From NCBI GenBank assembly GCA_965205025.1, contig CBDBFU010000013.1:160001-224000 (forward strand): DNA of 64,000 nucleotides, written 5' to 3'. This document shows, piece after piece, positions 1-10,815 of the stretch; the stretch's first letter is position 1, and the number at the start of each line of letters is the position of its first letter. The notes under the pieces are model-generated. The model had not been told where the DNA came from, did no database searches, and saw only the letters and a list, made by a program, of their open reading frames with translations. Source of the DNA: Candidatus Poribacteria bacterium (lineage in GTDB: Bacteria; Poribacteria; WGA-4E; WGA-3G). The translations under genes were made by a program, and so were the position numbers.

Positions 1-1
1 G

Positions 2-3000
2 AATAGTCTTTCTTGGGGACACGATATTATCAAGCCACACCCTATAAACTCTTCACAGACTCTGTTTTACATCGACCTACGCCACTATGAATGGGACGAG
101 TGGGATACACGAGACGATGTGTGGAAACGGATTGAACAAGACTATCCATACACACTTGAGTTCAGCCCGGAAACAGAAACTGATCAGTTTGAAAAACTTA
201 CACAGCTTCGACAAGATACCGAGTCTACCGTGCCGTTTATTCATGTGGATTGGTTTCTTGCGACAGCATCGCTCCCACCACTTTACCATGATATTTTAGG
301 TCTACCGGGTACCGACCGCGCTTTAGAAGAACAACTGGGTATAAATGTACAGCGGAATATACAGCAATCCCCTGGCATCCGCGTTGCCCGTGCGGGGATC
401 GTTGATTCGGGTGTATCAAAGAACAATCGCGTCGTTGAACGCCACACCTCTGTGTATGGTGCGTATTGGAAAAGTTACGATTTTGCTGGAAGTGTCGGCG
501 CTCAGAATATCCGGACACATCCTCTCTCTTTCAAACACGATGGTGGAGAGATTGTTTTCAACCTGCCGAATGGATTACAAGCCTACTACATTTCTGATGA
601 TAAAGGGAACCGTATTGAGAAAGCACCAACAGATATTGTTTCAAACCCTGCTGCAAGTGATCCTGCTGTGCGAAATGGATTGTCTTGTATCGGATGTCAC
701 ACCCAAGGAATGAAGACGTTTAAAGATGTGATGCGGACAACCATTGAACTCACAGAAAACCCAACCTATGATAAAACACAAGCACTACGCCTTTATGTCG
801 GGCAAGATAAAATGGATAAATTTCTTGAACAAGATACTGAAAAGTATCAACAGGCACTCGTCAAAGCGACTGGACACGGATTTGAGGATATTGAACCGGT
901 GCATCGCGCCCACGAAGTATTTGAACAACCGCTTGACGCAGCATACGCCGCTGCTGCTTTAGGGCTAAAGACAGAGACGTTAGTGCAACAGATACAGGAT
1001 AAACAGTCTTTACAAAACTTAGGATTGACAGCACTTTTAGGTGGTGGCACTATCAACAGAGACGATTGGACAGTACAGTTTGATGATATAGTCGACGCTA
1101 TCAACTCAGACGATAGCACCGATGACCAAATAACAGATGATAGAGACATACCCATCGGGAATGTGGCTTATATACCAGACCCTAAACTACTAACTGCCAT
1201 CGCAAGCGCAATCGGCAAACCGAATGCGTCAACGATAACCATCACTGAAGTGGAAACATTGACGATTCTAATAGCAGACGATGCCGGTATACGCGATTTG
1301 ACAGGACTTGAGAAAGCAACGAAACTACAACGGATAGAACTACGACGAAACGCAATAACCGACTTGACACCCCTGGCAGGGCTCATCCGGTTGAATAACA
1401 TAAAACTACGCGGGAACAATATCACCGATGTATCACCGCTGGCAAATCTAAAAAGTCTCGATTGGCTCGGTCTTGAGGAAACTAATATTACCGATTTATC
1501 ATCGCTAAGTGGATTGGTGCGTCTCAAAGGCATCGGCATTGAAAACACACTTGTTACGGATCTGTCGCCACTCGCTAAATTACCAAGTCTTGAAGGTATC
1601 CGTGCTTGGGATACCCGCATCTCAGATTTTTCTGTTTTAGCATCCGCACGCAGATTGAAATGGTTAGAGTGTTCAGGAAACCAGGATTTGACAAACCTCA
1701 ATTCTTTTCGTCAATTAAAAACATTGAGACGCTTGGAAATAAATAATGCTGGTATTACAAACATTGAAGGTCTGTCCGATCTCACACAATTGGAAACACT
1801 ACAGTTACGGAACAACCAGATATCCGATCTATCACCACTGCGCGATCTAAAAAACTTGAAAGTCCTATATCTTCATTTTAACTTAATTTCCGATCTAACA
1901 CCATTGGCAGAACTCACACAATTGAATCAGTTGATACTTGAGCACAACATTATATCCGATGTGTCGCCACTGGCAAACCTTACAAACTTGACGCGTTTAG
2001 ACCTGAGAGAAAACGCAATCGCTGACTTTTCACCTTTAGAAAGTTTGCCTCATGGTGTGGTTATCCAATCAAATGGTAATCCGGGGGTTTTCCTGCGTGG
2101 TGGTCCCAAAATAACTGGACCCTGGTTGTGGATATTGTTCCCAGAAACATCCTACAATGATTTTCGTAACAAAGATTTACTCACTGAGGCAAGTAAAGGG
2201 GCTGTAACAGAACAGATGATTGCGACAAACGGCGCAAAATCAGGCACTGCTGTCGGAGATTATATCTGGGCAGCTCAGAACATTACGCCCGGACAGGGAA
2301 ATAATATTACCCAAACGTTAACGACACTCGGAACCCCAGCAGCGCGTGATAAAGAGAATGTAGTTTACGGTTGCATTACCTTAAATTCACCGCAGACACA
2401 AGAAACGCAGATGTTTGCTGGAAGTGGTGCGAATCATAGGATATGGCTGAATGGAAAATTAGTGAACGAGAGTGATGGTTGGAATGAGGATTACCAAATA
2501 TCTTTCACCGTCACATTAAAACAAGGGAAAAATGTTCTGTTGGTTTCTATTCACAATTGGAATCATGGATTGCGTGGATATTTTGGGTTCGCCCAGGATA
2601 CTCAATACACTGTGTTACCACCTGATGATAGATTTACTCTGTCCACAGATGCGACAGTCTACGCTGTTGACAAAACGTTTACGATTGATCTGAAGGTAGC
2701 GAATGTGCCTGATTTAGCGGGTTGGCAAGCTGATATTCACTTTGATCCAGCAATCCTAAAGGTAAACAGCGTGAGGGAAGGCATCTTTCTAAAACTAAAT
2801 GCAGGAAGAACGCATTTTAGACACGGCACGATTGATAACACTACGGGCAGAATCAACGGGATAAGTTCTACGCGGCTCACACAAGGTGGTGTTGACGGAG
2901 AGGGCACACTGTTATCTGTAACATTTACTATCAAAACGGCCGGAGAAACACAGGTGGCACTACACGGGTTTACCGCTGGTACAAGCACAGGTGAAATAAT

Positions 3001-3676
3001 TACCGCAAATCCAATAGGTATAACCGTCGGTGTGGAAAAAATTACGCCAGCATACCCACCCTATGATGTCAATGAAGATGGTATTGTCAACGTAGTTGAT
3101 GTGTATATGGTCGCTTCTGCTCTCGGACATGTTGACCCCGAAAATTCACGCGTAGATGTGAATGGAGATGGTGTCGTAGATAAGCATGATCTCATCATTG
3201 TCGCCCAACATCTTGATGAGGAAACAACACCACAGTCAGCACCGAGTGCCACAGTCAGTAAGAATATTACAGTGGAGATGGTTCAACACGCGCTCAATAT
3301 ACTCAACGCAGCACATGATGGATCACAGGTATGGCAACACGCAATAGAAAAACTTGAACATCTCGCAGCTTTGTTGGTACCTGAAAAGACAACACTTCTA
3401 CCGAATTATCCAAACCCATTTAACCCAGAGACGTGGATACCTTATCAGCTTGCGAAGTCCACAGACGTAGCACTGACGATCTATTCAGCGGATGGCAAGG
3501 TTATCCGAACGATCGAATTGGGTGTGAAGTCTGCGGGGATTTATCAAAACCGAAATCGTGCTGCGTATTGGGATGGGAAAAATGACATAGGTGAATCTGT
3601 TGCAAGTGGTGTTTACCTCTATACCCTCACCGCAGGCGAGTTTATCGCAACACGCAAGATGTTGATAATGAAATAG
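2..3676 (+). CDS. 5'-truncated secreted LRR protein: N-terminal CxxCH-containing domain, internalin-like LRRs, cohesin-like, dockerin, C-terminal FlgD-Ig/T9SS-like domain
   Basis: Frame is open from position 2 (NSLSWGHD...), so the ORF-track start at 119 is not the true start; SCIGCH at ~683-700; LxxLxLxxNxIxDLxPL repeats; DVNEDGIVN/DVNGDGVVD dockerin; LLPNYPNPFNPETWIPY C-terminus. Confidence 0.85.
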   Translation, partial: NSLSWGHDIIKPHPINSSQTLFYIDLRHYEWDEWDTRDDVWKRIEQDYPYTLEFSPETETDQFEKLTQLRQDTESTVPFIHVDWFLATASLPPLYHDILGLPGTDRALEEQLGINVQRNIQQSPGIRVARAGIVDSGVSKNNRVVERHTSVYGAYWKSYDFAGSVGAQNIRTHPLSFKHDGGEIVFNLPNGLQAYYISDDKGNRIEKAPTDIVSNPAASDPAVRNGLSCIGCHTQGMKTFKDVMRTTIELTENPTYDKTQALRLYVGQDKMDKFLEQDTEKYQQALVKATGHGFEDIEPVHRAHEVFEQPLDAAYAAAALGLKTETLVQQIQDKQSLQNLGLTALLGGGTINRDDWTVQFDDIVDAINSDDSTDDQITDDRDIPIGNVAYIPDPKLLTAIASAIGKPNASTITITEVETLTILIADDAGIRDLTGLEKATKLQRIELRRNAITDLTPLAGLIRLNNIKLRGNNITDVSPLANLKSLDWLGLEETNITDLSSLSGLVRLKGIGIENTLVTDLSPLAKLPSLEGIRAWDTRISDFSVLASARRLKWLECSGNQDLTNLNSFRQLKTLRRLEINNAGITNIEGLSDLTQLETLQLRNNQISDLSPLRDLKNLKVLYLHFNLISDLTPLAELTQLNQLILEHNIISDVSPLANLTNLTRLDLRENAIADFSPLESLPHGVVIQSNGNPGVFLRGGPKITGPWLWILFPETSYNDFRNKDLLTEASKGAVTEQMIATNGAKSGTAVGDYIWAAQNITPGQGNNITQTLTTLGTPAARDKENVVYGCITLNSPQTQETQMFAGSGANHRIWLNGKLVNESDGWNEDYQISFTVTLKQGKNVLLVSIHNWNHGLRGYFGFAQDTQYTVLPPDDRFTLSTDATVYAVDKTFTIDLKVANVPDLAGWQADIHFDPAILKVNSVREGIFLKLNAGRTHFRHGTIDNTTGRINGISSTRLTQGGVDGEGTLLSVTFTIKTAGETQVALHGFTAGTSTGEIITANPIGITVGVEKITPAYPPYDVNEDGIVNVVDVYMVASALGHVDPENSRVDVNGDGVVDKHDLIIVAQHLDEETTPQSAPSATVSKNITVEMVQHALNILNAAHDGSQVWQHAIEKLEHLAALLVPEKTTLLPNYPNPFNPETWIPYQLAKSTDVALTIYSADGKVIRTIELGVKSAGIYQNRNRAAYWDGKNDIGESVASGVYLYTLTAGEFIATRKMLIMK

Positions 3677-3692
3677 TATCATCTGACCATAG

Positions 3693-3762
3693 GACATAGC
3701 ACTCCGCTGGAGTGCATTAGGGTGTGGTGTTTTTTCTATAGACATATTGCTCCGCTGGAGCA
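3693..3762. repeat. Pair of REP-like hairpins (GCACTCCGCTGGAGTGC / GCTCCGCTGGAGC) in the 3' region; near-identical copy at ~9904-9973
   Basis: Direct comparison of the two loci. Confidence 0.75.
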
Positions 3763-3852
3763 AAGAATAGATCGTCGGTGATGCAAATACATCTATCTGA
3801 TAGGGTAACTCATACTATTAAAATATACTGTCGCATTGATTATGGAGATTTT

Positions 3853-3976
3853 GCAGGGGCAATCTCCATGTCGCGACCGGGAGGTCGCTCCTACAGAATA
3901 CCTGATAACTTCAAAGGTAGGAGGGAACTCCGATTCCCGACTACAAACAGGTCGCGACCGGGAGGTCGTTCCTACA
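3853..3976. repeat. Cluster of GTAG-type REP-like palindromes
   Basis: GTCGCGACCGGGAGGTCGCTCCTAC-like unit x2 and GTAGGAGGGAACTCCGATTCCCGAC; relatives at 10611, 17338, 37222. Confidence 0.7.
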
Positions 3977-4064
3977 GAATACGATCAGTTATGAAAGAAA
4001 ACATAACTGATGCGTAACTAACACAAGTCGTATTTATAGTATATCACATAGTGTTGAAGGTATT

Positions 4065-5156
4065 ATGAAAACAGTTATTAACCTTTTTGTTTTCACGACG
4101 ACATGCCTTTTTCTCATCACATTTCTTGGTTGTGGATCAGATACTGGGGATGAAGATGTTGTTGAACCGGGTCCAGTCAAATTCAAATCTACCAGTCCAG
4201 AAAACGGCAGCACTATCCGTCCCGATGAATCTATCATTGTGATTTTTACCGGTATACCAGAAAACCTAACAGCTGTGCCTGGAACGATAGAGGAACCCAA
4301 AAATAGAACGACTATCACCGGTCCTTTCCCTGTGGGTGATATTACCATTGAACTGATGTGGGCAGACGGCACACAAACCCTTGAATATACAGTTGTTCCC
4401 GATGGCATGGTGATGATTCGTGAAGGTGCGTTTCAAATGGGAAGTGATTCAGAAGTGGCTGCAAAAGATGAAAAACCTGTGCACACTGTTTTTGTGGATT
4501 CCTTCTTGATAGACACACATGAGGTAACAGTCGGTGAATATAAACAGTTTGTTGAAGCAACGGGATATAGAGAACCGGAATGGGGAGAAATAGCACCCTA
4601 TGCCCCGACAGACAAACATCCCATTGTTTATGTCAGTTGGCATGATGCAATGGCATTCGCAACATGGGCAAGAAAGAGATTACCCACCGAAGCGGAATGG
4701 GAGAAGGCAGCCCGCGGCGGTTCGGTAGCAAAGACATATCCCTGGGGCAACCTCGCACTAAAAGGGAAGCAGTGTAATTTCGCTGATAAGAATCTAACAC
4801 ACTATTGGTGGGCAGACAAAAAAGCGGATGATGGGTACGAATTCACTGCGCCAGTCGGTAGTTATCCAGAAAATGGCTACGGTTTGTTTGATATGGCTGG
4901 CAACGTATGGGAATGGTGCCTCGACGAATATGATGCAGGTTTTTATGCTATTTCGCAGGCTGATAATCCTTTTTCAGGGGCAAATACTATTCAAGAGATA
5001 AGCGAAAGTTTTGAAACAGTTGAATCAAATCGGGTGTTACGCGGGGGTTCTTGGCTTGTTACCTCAACGAATGTGCGTAGTAGTGCACGCTTTTTTCTAC
5101 CACCAGAAAGTCAGAACAATACCGTTGGATTCCGTTGTGTAATGGATTTACCGTAA
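4065..5156 (+). CDS. Lipoprotein with FGE-sulfatase (SUMF1/EgtB/PvdO) fold, probably not a catalytic FGE
   Basis: Lipobox-like FLGC; RLPTEAEWEKAARGG, NGYGLFDMAGNVWEW, RGGSW...GFRC; the FGE catalytic Cys pair is absent after RGGSW. Confidence 0.85.
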   Translation: MKTVINLFVFTTTCLFLITFLGCGSDTGDEDVVEPGPVKFKSTSPENGSTIRPDESIIVIFTGIPENLTAVPGTIEEPKNRTTITGPFPVGDITIELMWADGTQTLEYTVVPDGMVMIREGAFQMGSDSEVAAKDEKPVHTVFVDSFLIDTHEVTVGEYKQFVEATGYREPEWGEIAPYAPTDKHPIVYVSWHDAMAFATWARKRLPTEAEWEKAARGGSVAKTYPWGNLALKGKQCNFADKNLTHYWWADKKADDGYEFTAPVGSYPENGYGLFDMAGNVWEWCLDEYDAGFYAISQADNPFSGANTIQEISESFETVESNRVLRGGSWLVTSTNVRSSARFFLPPESQNNTVGFRCVMDLP

Positions 5157-5176
5157 GTCTTATGTGGAGGGTATCC

Positions 5177-8100
5177 ATGAATAGAAAACTATATTCAATT
5201 GGACTTGCCTGTCTTATAGCACTTTTTTTGATACAACATTTTGTGCATGCACAAGATTCTCGTCCGATTGTGAGGCTCATCTACTTTCTTCCCAAAGATC
5301 GTCAACCGCAGCCGGACATAGAAGCAAAATGTGATAAGTGGATAAAAGATGTACAGCAGTTTTTCGCCAACCAGATGGAGGCACACGGATTTGGCAGAAA
5401 AACTTTCCAATTTGAAACGGATGCGGAGGGTAACGCAGTGGTACATGATTTTATTGGACAGTTCACTGATGCACATTATAGTAATTTACCCAATATATGG
5501 GATATCTGGAAAGAAATTGATAAACAGTTTGATACCTCTAAAAATATCTATGTTACTGCGATAGACATGAGTAGTGAATTTCTTGACGGTAACGATGGTA
5601 GTATCGGAGGTGTTGGTGGTACCGTGGGTTCGTCCGGAGGAAAAGTCATCACTACTATTGATACTAATACTGGTGGTATAATTACACATGAACTGGGGCA
5701 TGCCTTTGGATTGTCTCATGATTATGCTACAAGCAACACTAAGAGAATTTCAAGATATATATCAGATACAATGCTCAATTCTTTTTGTGCTGCCGAGTGG
5801 TTAAATGTCCACCGTGCTTTTAATCCTAAAGGTCAGCAAGAACAAGATGAACGTACACATTTTAAAATGTTCCCACCGAGTCTCGATTCTCTTCCCAACG
5901 TCATCCGACTCCGCTTTGAAATTAGTGATCCTAATGGAATTCATCAAGTGCAGCTTTTGGCACCGATACCGTTATATCATGGGGATTTATCATTGCTTGG
6001 TTGTAAATATTTAAACGGAAATATATCTGGTACCCTCGAATTCGTCACTGATGATTTGACACCGAAAACAGGATATGTAATCCTGTGGGCAATTGATGTG
6101 CATGGAAACCTGGCAAGGTCTCAGCTATTTCCAATCGATATTACTTCCGTACTACCGCGTCCCGAAACCATATCAATCCCAGACCCACATTTAGCGGCTG
6201 CTGTGCAGCGAGAAATTGGAAATGCCACGACGACTCACGCTATGCTGAACTTGCAGAGACTTGACGCATCTAATAGCGGGATAACAGATCTTACCGGACT
6301 CGAATATGCGTCCAATCTAATAGAATTGTACCTTCCAGGAAATGTCAACAGTAATACGGTATTGGATTTGCAACCGCTGTCAGGATTGAAAAACCTGAAT
6401 CGGCTGAATCTTCGCAGGAACAACATATCAGATATATCAGCACTATCAGAGTTGAAAAACCTGACGACTATGCTGGATCTTTCGGACAATAACATATCAG
6501 ATATATCAGCACTATCAGAGTTGAAAAACCTAATTGCGCTATATCTTGGCAGGAACAACATATCAGATATATCAGCACTATCAGAGTTGAAAAACCTGGA
6601 GTGGCTGTATCTTGGCAGCAATAACATTTCGGATGTATCAGCACTATCAGAGTTGGCAAACCTGAATTTGCTGGATCTTTCGGACAATAACATATCAAAT
6701 ATATCTGCCTTGTCAGCGTTGACAAACTTGTATTTGATATATCTTCACAGTAACAACATTATAGATATATCAGCACTATCCGAGTTGAAAAACCTGGAGT
6801 GGCTGTATCTTGGTAGCAACAATATTTCGAATGTATCTGCGCTGTCAGGATTGAAAAACCTAATTGCGCTGAATCTTTCGTACAATAACATATCAGATAT
6901 ATCTGCGTTGTCAGCGTTGACAAACCTGACTTCGCTGGATCTTCACAGCAACAATATTTCAGATATTTCACCTCTGTTAGCATTAAACCTTATAGGAACA
7001 CAGTGGGACAGCATTGGGTTATATCTTCGGAACAATCCGCTGAGCTATACTTCTATCAATACACATATCGCCGCTATGCAGGTAAAAGGAGTTGAGGTCC
7101 AGTATGACCAGCGCACACCGACAAAACTTCTAAAAATATCTGGAGATGCACAGCAAGCCGCAACGAACTCAGAACTACCGCTCCCGTTTGTTGTCCAAGT
7201 CCAAGATCAGTGGAATCGCGCATACGCTGAGGTGCCGGTTACGTTTACTATCACTGATGGTGATGGCAAACTCAGCACGACAAAAACTAAAACCGATACC
7301 GAAGGTAAGGCACAAACACGTTTGACACTTGGAGAAAATGTTGGCACAACGACTGTCCAAGCCACTGTCCCAAATATTACACAACCTATCCAGTTTACTG
7401 CAACTGCCGTTTCACTTGATTTACCCGTGTCATTCTCAGATGATAACTTGTATGCAAAGATAGTAGAAACCCTTGGCAAACCGACCAATGCGTCTATTAC
7501 TATAGTTGATATGTTGACGTTGACATCTCTTACTGCTAATAACGCCAATATAAGTGATCTCACAGGTTTAGAATATGCAACGAATCTTACAACATTATCT
7601 CTTGATAACAATAATTTGACGAATGTTACACCATTTTTGGAACTTACACAATTGGAAACGTTGTCTCTTGAGAACAATAAACTATCAGACGTTACATCTC
7701 TTGTGGAACTCACCGAATTGAAAACGTTGCGTCTACGTGGAAACCTGTTAAGTTATCCGTCTCTCTATACCACTATTCCGGTCCTGCGTTCCCGCGGTGT
7801 AAATGTAGTGTTTGACACCCGAACGCCTACAACGCTTATTAATATCCCAGGGGAGCCTGGAGCCGCTGGTGCCACGCTACAAGTTATCGTTCAAATCCAA
7901 GATCAGAACGGCGTTGCATTTGCGGGGGTGCCTGTCACTTTTACGCTCACCGCTGCAGGTGGACATCGATCTACTTCAAAAGCAACCAGTAATCCCAATG
8001 GCAAAGCTGCAACAACACTTACGCTGGGACCTAACCCCGGTGAGAACGTTGTCAGGGCAATGGTCGCCGAGATATCACAACCACTCAACTTTACTATCAC

Positions 8101-9883
8101 GACTATTGATACGAATACACTTGTGCATATTCCAGATGTGAGCCTACGTGTCAAAATAGTGGAAACCCTGAACAAACCGAAGAACGCAAAACTCAATGCA
8201 GGAGATTTGTTGAAATTAACCAGACTTGACGCTCCAAACGCTAATATTCAAAACCTCACCGGTATTGAATACGCACACAACCTGAGTCACTTGAACCTTG
8301 GGGATGAGTATATTGAGGGCAAAGGATATGTCAACAGTAACAAAATATCGGATTTTTCAACACTTATAGGGCTAACCACATTGACATACCTGAGACTTTC
8401 TCACACGACATTGGTTGATTTGTCTGAGCTATCAACTTTGACAAACCTAACTTCACTGTATTTTCACAGCAACAACATCTCAGATTTATCTGGGTTATCA
8501 GCGTTGACAAACCTGAAGACGCTGAATCTTTACAACAATAACATCTCAGATATATCTGCTCTATCAGCGTTGACAAACCTGAATACACTGTATCTTCACC
8601 ACAACAACATCTCCGATATATCCGCACTATCAGGATTGACAAACCTGACTTCGCTGTGGCTTAGCAGCAACAACATCTCTGATATAACTGCTCTGTCAGC
8701 GTTGACAAGTCTGACTTCGTTGGATCTTCAACGCAACAACATTTCAGATCTATCTGCTCTGTCAGCGTTGACAAACCTGACGATACTGAATCTTTACAAC
8801 AATAACATCTCAGACTTGTCGCCTCTGTTAACATTGAACCTTACAGGGACACAGTGGAACAACACAGGATTGATCCTTGAAGGCAATCCACTCAATAATG
8901 AAGCAATACGTACACACATTCCTGCAATGCAGGCAAGAGGAATTGTAATATCTTTTGACAATATTACGCACCCAGAATTCCTGATAATATCTGGTGATAA
9001 ACAAAAAGAACTTGTGGGACATACACTGCCTTCCCCCTTTGTTGTGGAGTATCGTGATGCTAACGGAAAGCCAAAAGAGGGGGTGAAAGTCACATTTTCT
9101 ATAGCCGATGGTGATGCGGAACTGACTGATACCACCGTTACAACCGATGCTGACGGTAGAGCAAAAACCTTTCTTCGATTCGGATGGAAACTTGGCACTG
9201 TCACTGTCAATGCAACTGCAGAGGGTATTAATTCTCGACTAACCTTCACAGCAAATGTTGTCTTGCCAGAGAACCATGTTCCAGAAGATGTTAATGCCGA
9301 TGGTATCGTTGATGTGGAGGACCTCGTGTTAGTCGCTGCCACTATCGGTACAACCCCACCAGATGAAACAATACCGAATACAGACGTAAACGGTGATGGT
9401 ATCATCAATAGTGATGATTTAGCATTAGTCATGGCAGCATTAGAAACGACACCCACTGCACCTGCAGCGGTTTTGACAGCAGCAAATCTACAGCGGTGGA
9501 TTGACGAAGCAAAACAACTCACTAACAAAGATGAAACCTTCCTGCAAGGAATTACTGTACTTGAGCAGCTGCTTGCATCTATGTTGCCAAAAAAGACTGC
9601 ACTCTTGGCAAACTATCCGAATCCGTTTAATCCGGAGACGTGGATACCGTATCACTTAGCAAAGTCTGCTGAAGTAACGGTGCATATCTATGCAATAAAC
9701 GGCACGTTGATTCGGACTTTGACGTTAGGACACAAGTCTGCGGGAATTTATGAACATCGTAACCGTGCTGCGTATTGGGATGGGAAAAACAATGTAGGTG
9801 AGCCTGTTGCAAGTGGTGTTTATCTCTATACCCTCACTGCAGGTGAGTTTATCGCAACACGCAAGATGCTAATTTTGAAATAG
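5177..9883 (+). CDS. Large secreted LRR protein with zincin-like HELGH motif, Big_1-like Ig domains, dockerin and C-terminal FlgD-Ig/T9SS-like domain
   Basis: RBS GGAGG before ATG 5177; signal peptide; HELGHAFGLSHD; three LRR blocks; DVNADGIVD/DVNGDGIIN; LLANYPNPFNPETWIPY. Confidence 0.9.
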   Translation: MNRKLYSIGLACLIALFLIQHFVHAQDSRPIVRLIYFLPKDRQPQPDIEAKCDKWIKDVQQFFANQMEAHGFGRKTFQFETDAEGNAVVHDFIGQFTDAHYSNLPNIWDIWKEIDKQFDTSKNIYVTAIDMSSEFLDGNDGSIGGVGGTVGSSGGKVITTIDTNTGGIITHELGHAFGLSHDYATSNTKRISRYISDTMLNSFCAAEWLNVHRAFNPKGQQEQDERTHFKMFPPSLDSLPNVIRLRFEISDPNGIHQVQLLAPIPLYHGDLSLLGCKYLNGNISGTLEFVTDDLTPKTGYVILWAIDVHGNLARSQLFPIDITSVLPRPETISIPDPHLAAAVQREIGNATTTHAMLNLQRLDASNSGITDLTGLEYASNLIELYLPGNVNSNTVLDLQPLSGLKNLNRLNLRRNNISDISALSELKNLTTMLDLSDNNISDISALSELKNLIALYLGRNNISDISALSELKNLEWLYLGSNNISDVSALSELANLNLLDLSDNNISNISALSALTNLYLIYLHSNNIIDISALSELKNLEWLYLGSNNISNVSALSGLKNLIALNLSYNNISDISALSALTNLTSLDLHSNNISDISPLLALNLIGTQWDSIGLYLRNNPLSYTSINTHIAAMQVKGVEVQYDQRTPTKLLKISGDAQQAATNSELPLPFVVQVQDQWNRAYAEVPVTFTITDGDGKLSTTKTKTDTEGKAQTRLTLGENVGTTTVQATVPNITQPIQFTATAVSLDLPVSFSDDNLYAKIVETLGKPTNASITIVDMLTLTSLTANNANISDLTGLEYATNLTTLSLDNNNLTNVTPFLELTQLETLSLENNKLSDVTSLVELTELKTLRLRGNLLSYPSLYTTIPVLRSRGVNVVFDTRTPTTLINIPGEPGAAGATLQVIVQIQDQNGVAFAGVPVTFTLTAAGGHRSTSKATSNPNGKAATTLTLGPNPGENVVRAMVAEISQPLNFTITTIDTNTLVHIPDVSLRVKIVETLNKPKNAKLNAGDLLKLTRLDAPNANIQNLTGIEYAHNLSHLNLGDEYIEGKGYVNSNKISDFSTLIGLTTLTYLRLSHTTLVDLSELSTLTNLTSLYFHSNNISDLSGLSALTNLKTLNLYNNNISDISALSALTNLNTLYLHHNNISDISALSGLTNLTSLWLSSNNISDITALSALTSLTSLDLQRNNISDLSALSALTNLTILNLYNNNISDLSPLLTLNLTGTQWNNTGLILEGNPLNNEAIRTHIPAMQARGIVISFDNITHPEFLIISGDKQKELVGHTLPSPFVVEYRDANGKPKEGVKVTFSIADGDAELTDTTVTTDADGRAKTFLRFGWKLGTVTVNATAEGINSRLTFTANVVLPENHVPEDVNADGIVDVEDLVLVAATIGTTPPDETIPNTDVNGDGIINSDDLALVMAALETTPTAPAAVLTAANLQRWIDEAKQLTNKDETFLQGITVLEQLLASMLPKKTALLANYPNPFNPETWIPYHLAKSAEVTVHIYAINGTLIRTLTLGHKSAGIYEHRNRAAYWDGKNNVGEPVASGVYLYTLTAGEFIATRKMLILK
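6370..6975 (+). repeat. Tandem ~66-bp LRR-coding repeats (second block ~8400-8830)
   Basis: Near-identical AACAACATATCAGATATATCAGCACTATCAGAGTTGAAAAACCT units. Confidence 0.85.
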
Positions 9884-10049
9884 TATCATATAACCATAGG
9901 ATAGGACATAGCACTCCGCTGGAGTGCATTCAGGGTGTGGTGTTTTTCTATAGACATATTGCTCCGCTGGAGCAAAGAATAGATCGTCGGTCTGGAATTA
10001 TACACACAGTTAACAGAAAGTATGCTATACTGACCAAAAAAGGTGAAAA

Positions 10050-10415
10050 ATGGACGTGTACATACAACTGATACATACAATACTGATTCTCTTGCTACGA
10101 TTCGGTGTCATCGCCGGAATTCTGTTTTTAGCCGTCAAAACAAAATCAAAAGGCATAACACTCATCGGTATCACCGAGATCATGAGTATTGTCATCAACG
10201 CACCTATCTCAATGTACCGCACAAAACTTTATACCGATCATTTTGACAGTGGCGGTGATCTCGAAAACCTGCCAACGCTGCCAAGTCTACTCAACATAAT
10301 AGAAAATATAGATTCTTATGTCATTTTAGTACTCATCATACTCGGCATCTATATCGTGTATAGAGAGTATAAAGCGAATAAATTTTGCACGCCACAATCT
10401 ACAACCCCCGATTGA
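10050..10415 (+). CDS. Small membrane protein, unknown function
   Basis: 121-aa ORF, AAGG RBS, three hydrophobic segments. Confidence 0.6.
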   Translation: MDVYIQLIHTILILLLRFGVIAGILFLAVKTKSKGITLIGITEIMSIVINAPISMYRTKLYTDHFDSGGDLENLPTLPSLLNIIENIDSYVILVLIILGIYIVYREYKANKFCTPQSTTPD

Positions 10416-10610
10416 TTATAATACCAATTTTACTTAATTAACGTGAGTTTGATAAATCAGAATTTTATGTTCGAATCAAAGAATCATTTGACGAACTTGA
10501 AGCACCTCTTTGTTTGACAGAACGCCTTATCTCAGAAACCTTAAGTAACACACATCAACGAGAGATTCTTAAAACTATAGTAAACTTTAGATTTAATTAG
10601 ACACTTTACT

Positions 10611-10654
10611 TGTAGGAGCGACCTCCTGGTCGCGACCGGGAGGTCGCTCCTACA
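10611..10654. repeat. REP doublet palindrome GTAGGAGCGACCTCCTGGTCGCGACCGGGAGGTCGCTCCTAC
   Basis: Near-perfect inverted repeat beginning GTAG and ending CTAC. Confidence 0.8.
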
Positions 10655-10752
10655 GAAGAGGTGTGGGACGCGAACGTAAGTTGAGCCAATAGAAAATGTA
10701 GTATTCATTTTATTGTTTACTATAAATAACCGTGGACACCCATAACCGTTTA

Positions 10753-10781
10753 TTGACAGACTTCCCTATTTTCAATATACT
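10753..10781 (+). promoter_or_regulatory. Sigma70-type promoter for hsdM
   Basis: TTGACA-17 nt-TATACT, ~35 nt upstream of ATG 10816. Confidence 0.65.
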
Positions 10782-10815
10782 AATCCTATCACTTCACACA
10801 AAGGAATCCCCATAA

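Noticed and set aside
4065-5156. True formylglycine-generating enzyme for the sulfatase at 56598, or a DGR target
   Set aside because: The catalytic cysteines are absent, and no reverse transcriptase or template repeat is seen in the window
6235-9528. Long antisense ORFs (6235-6693, 7207-7713, 8794-9528; similarly 35293-35925)
   Set aside because: Shadow frames opposite well-supported repetitive genes
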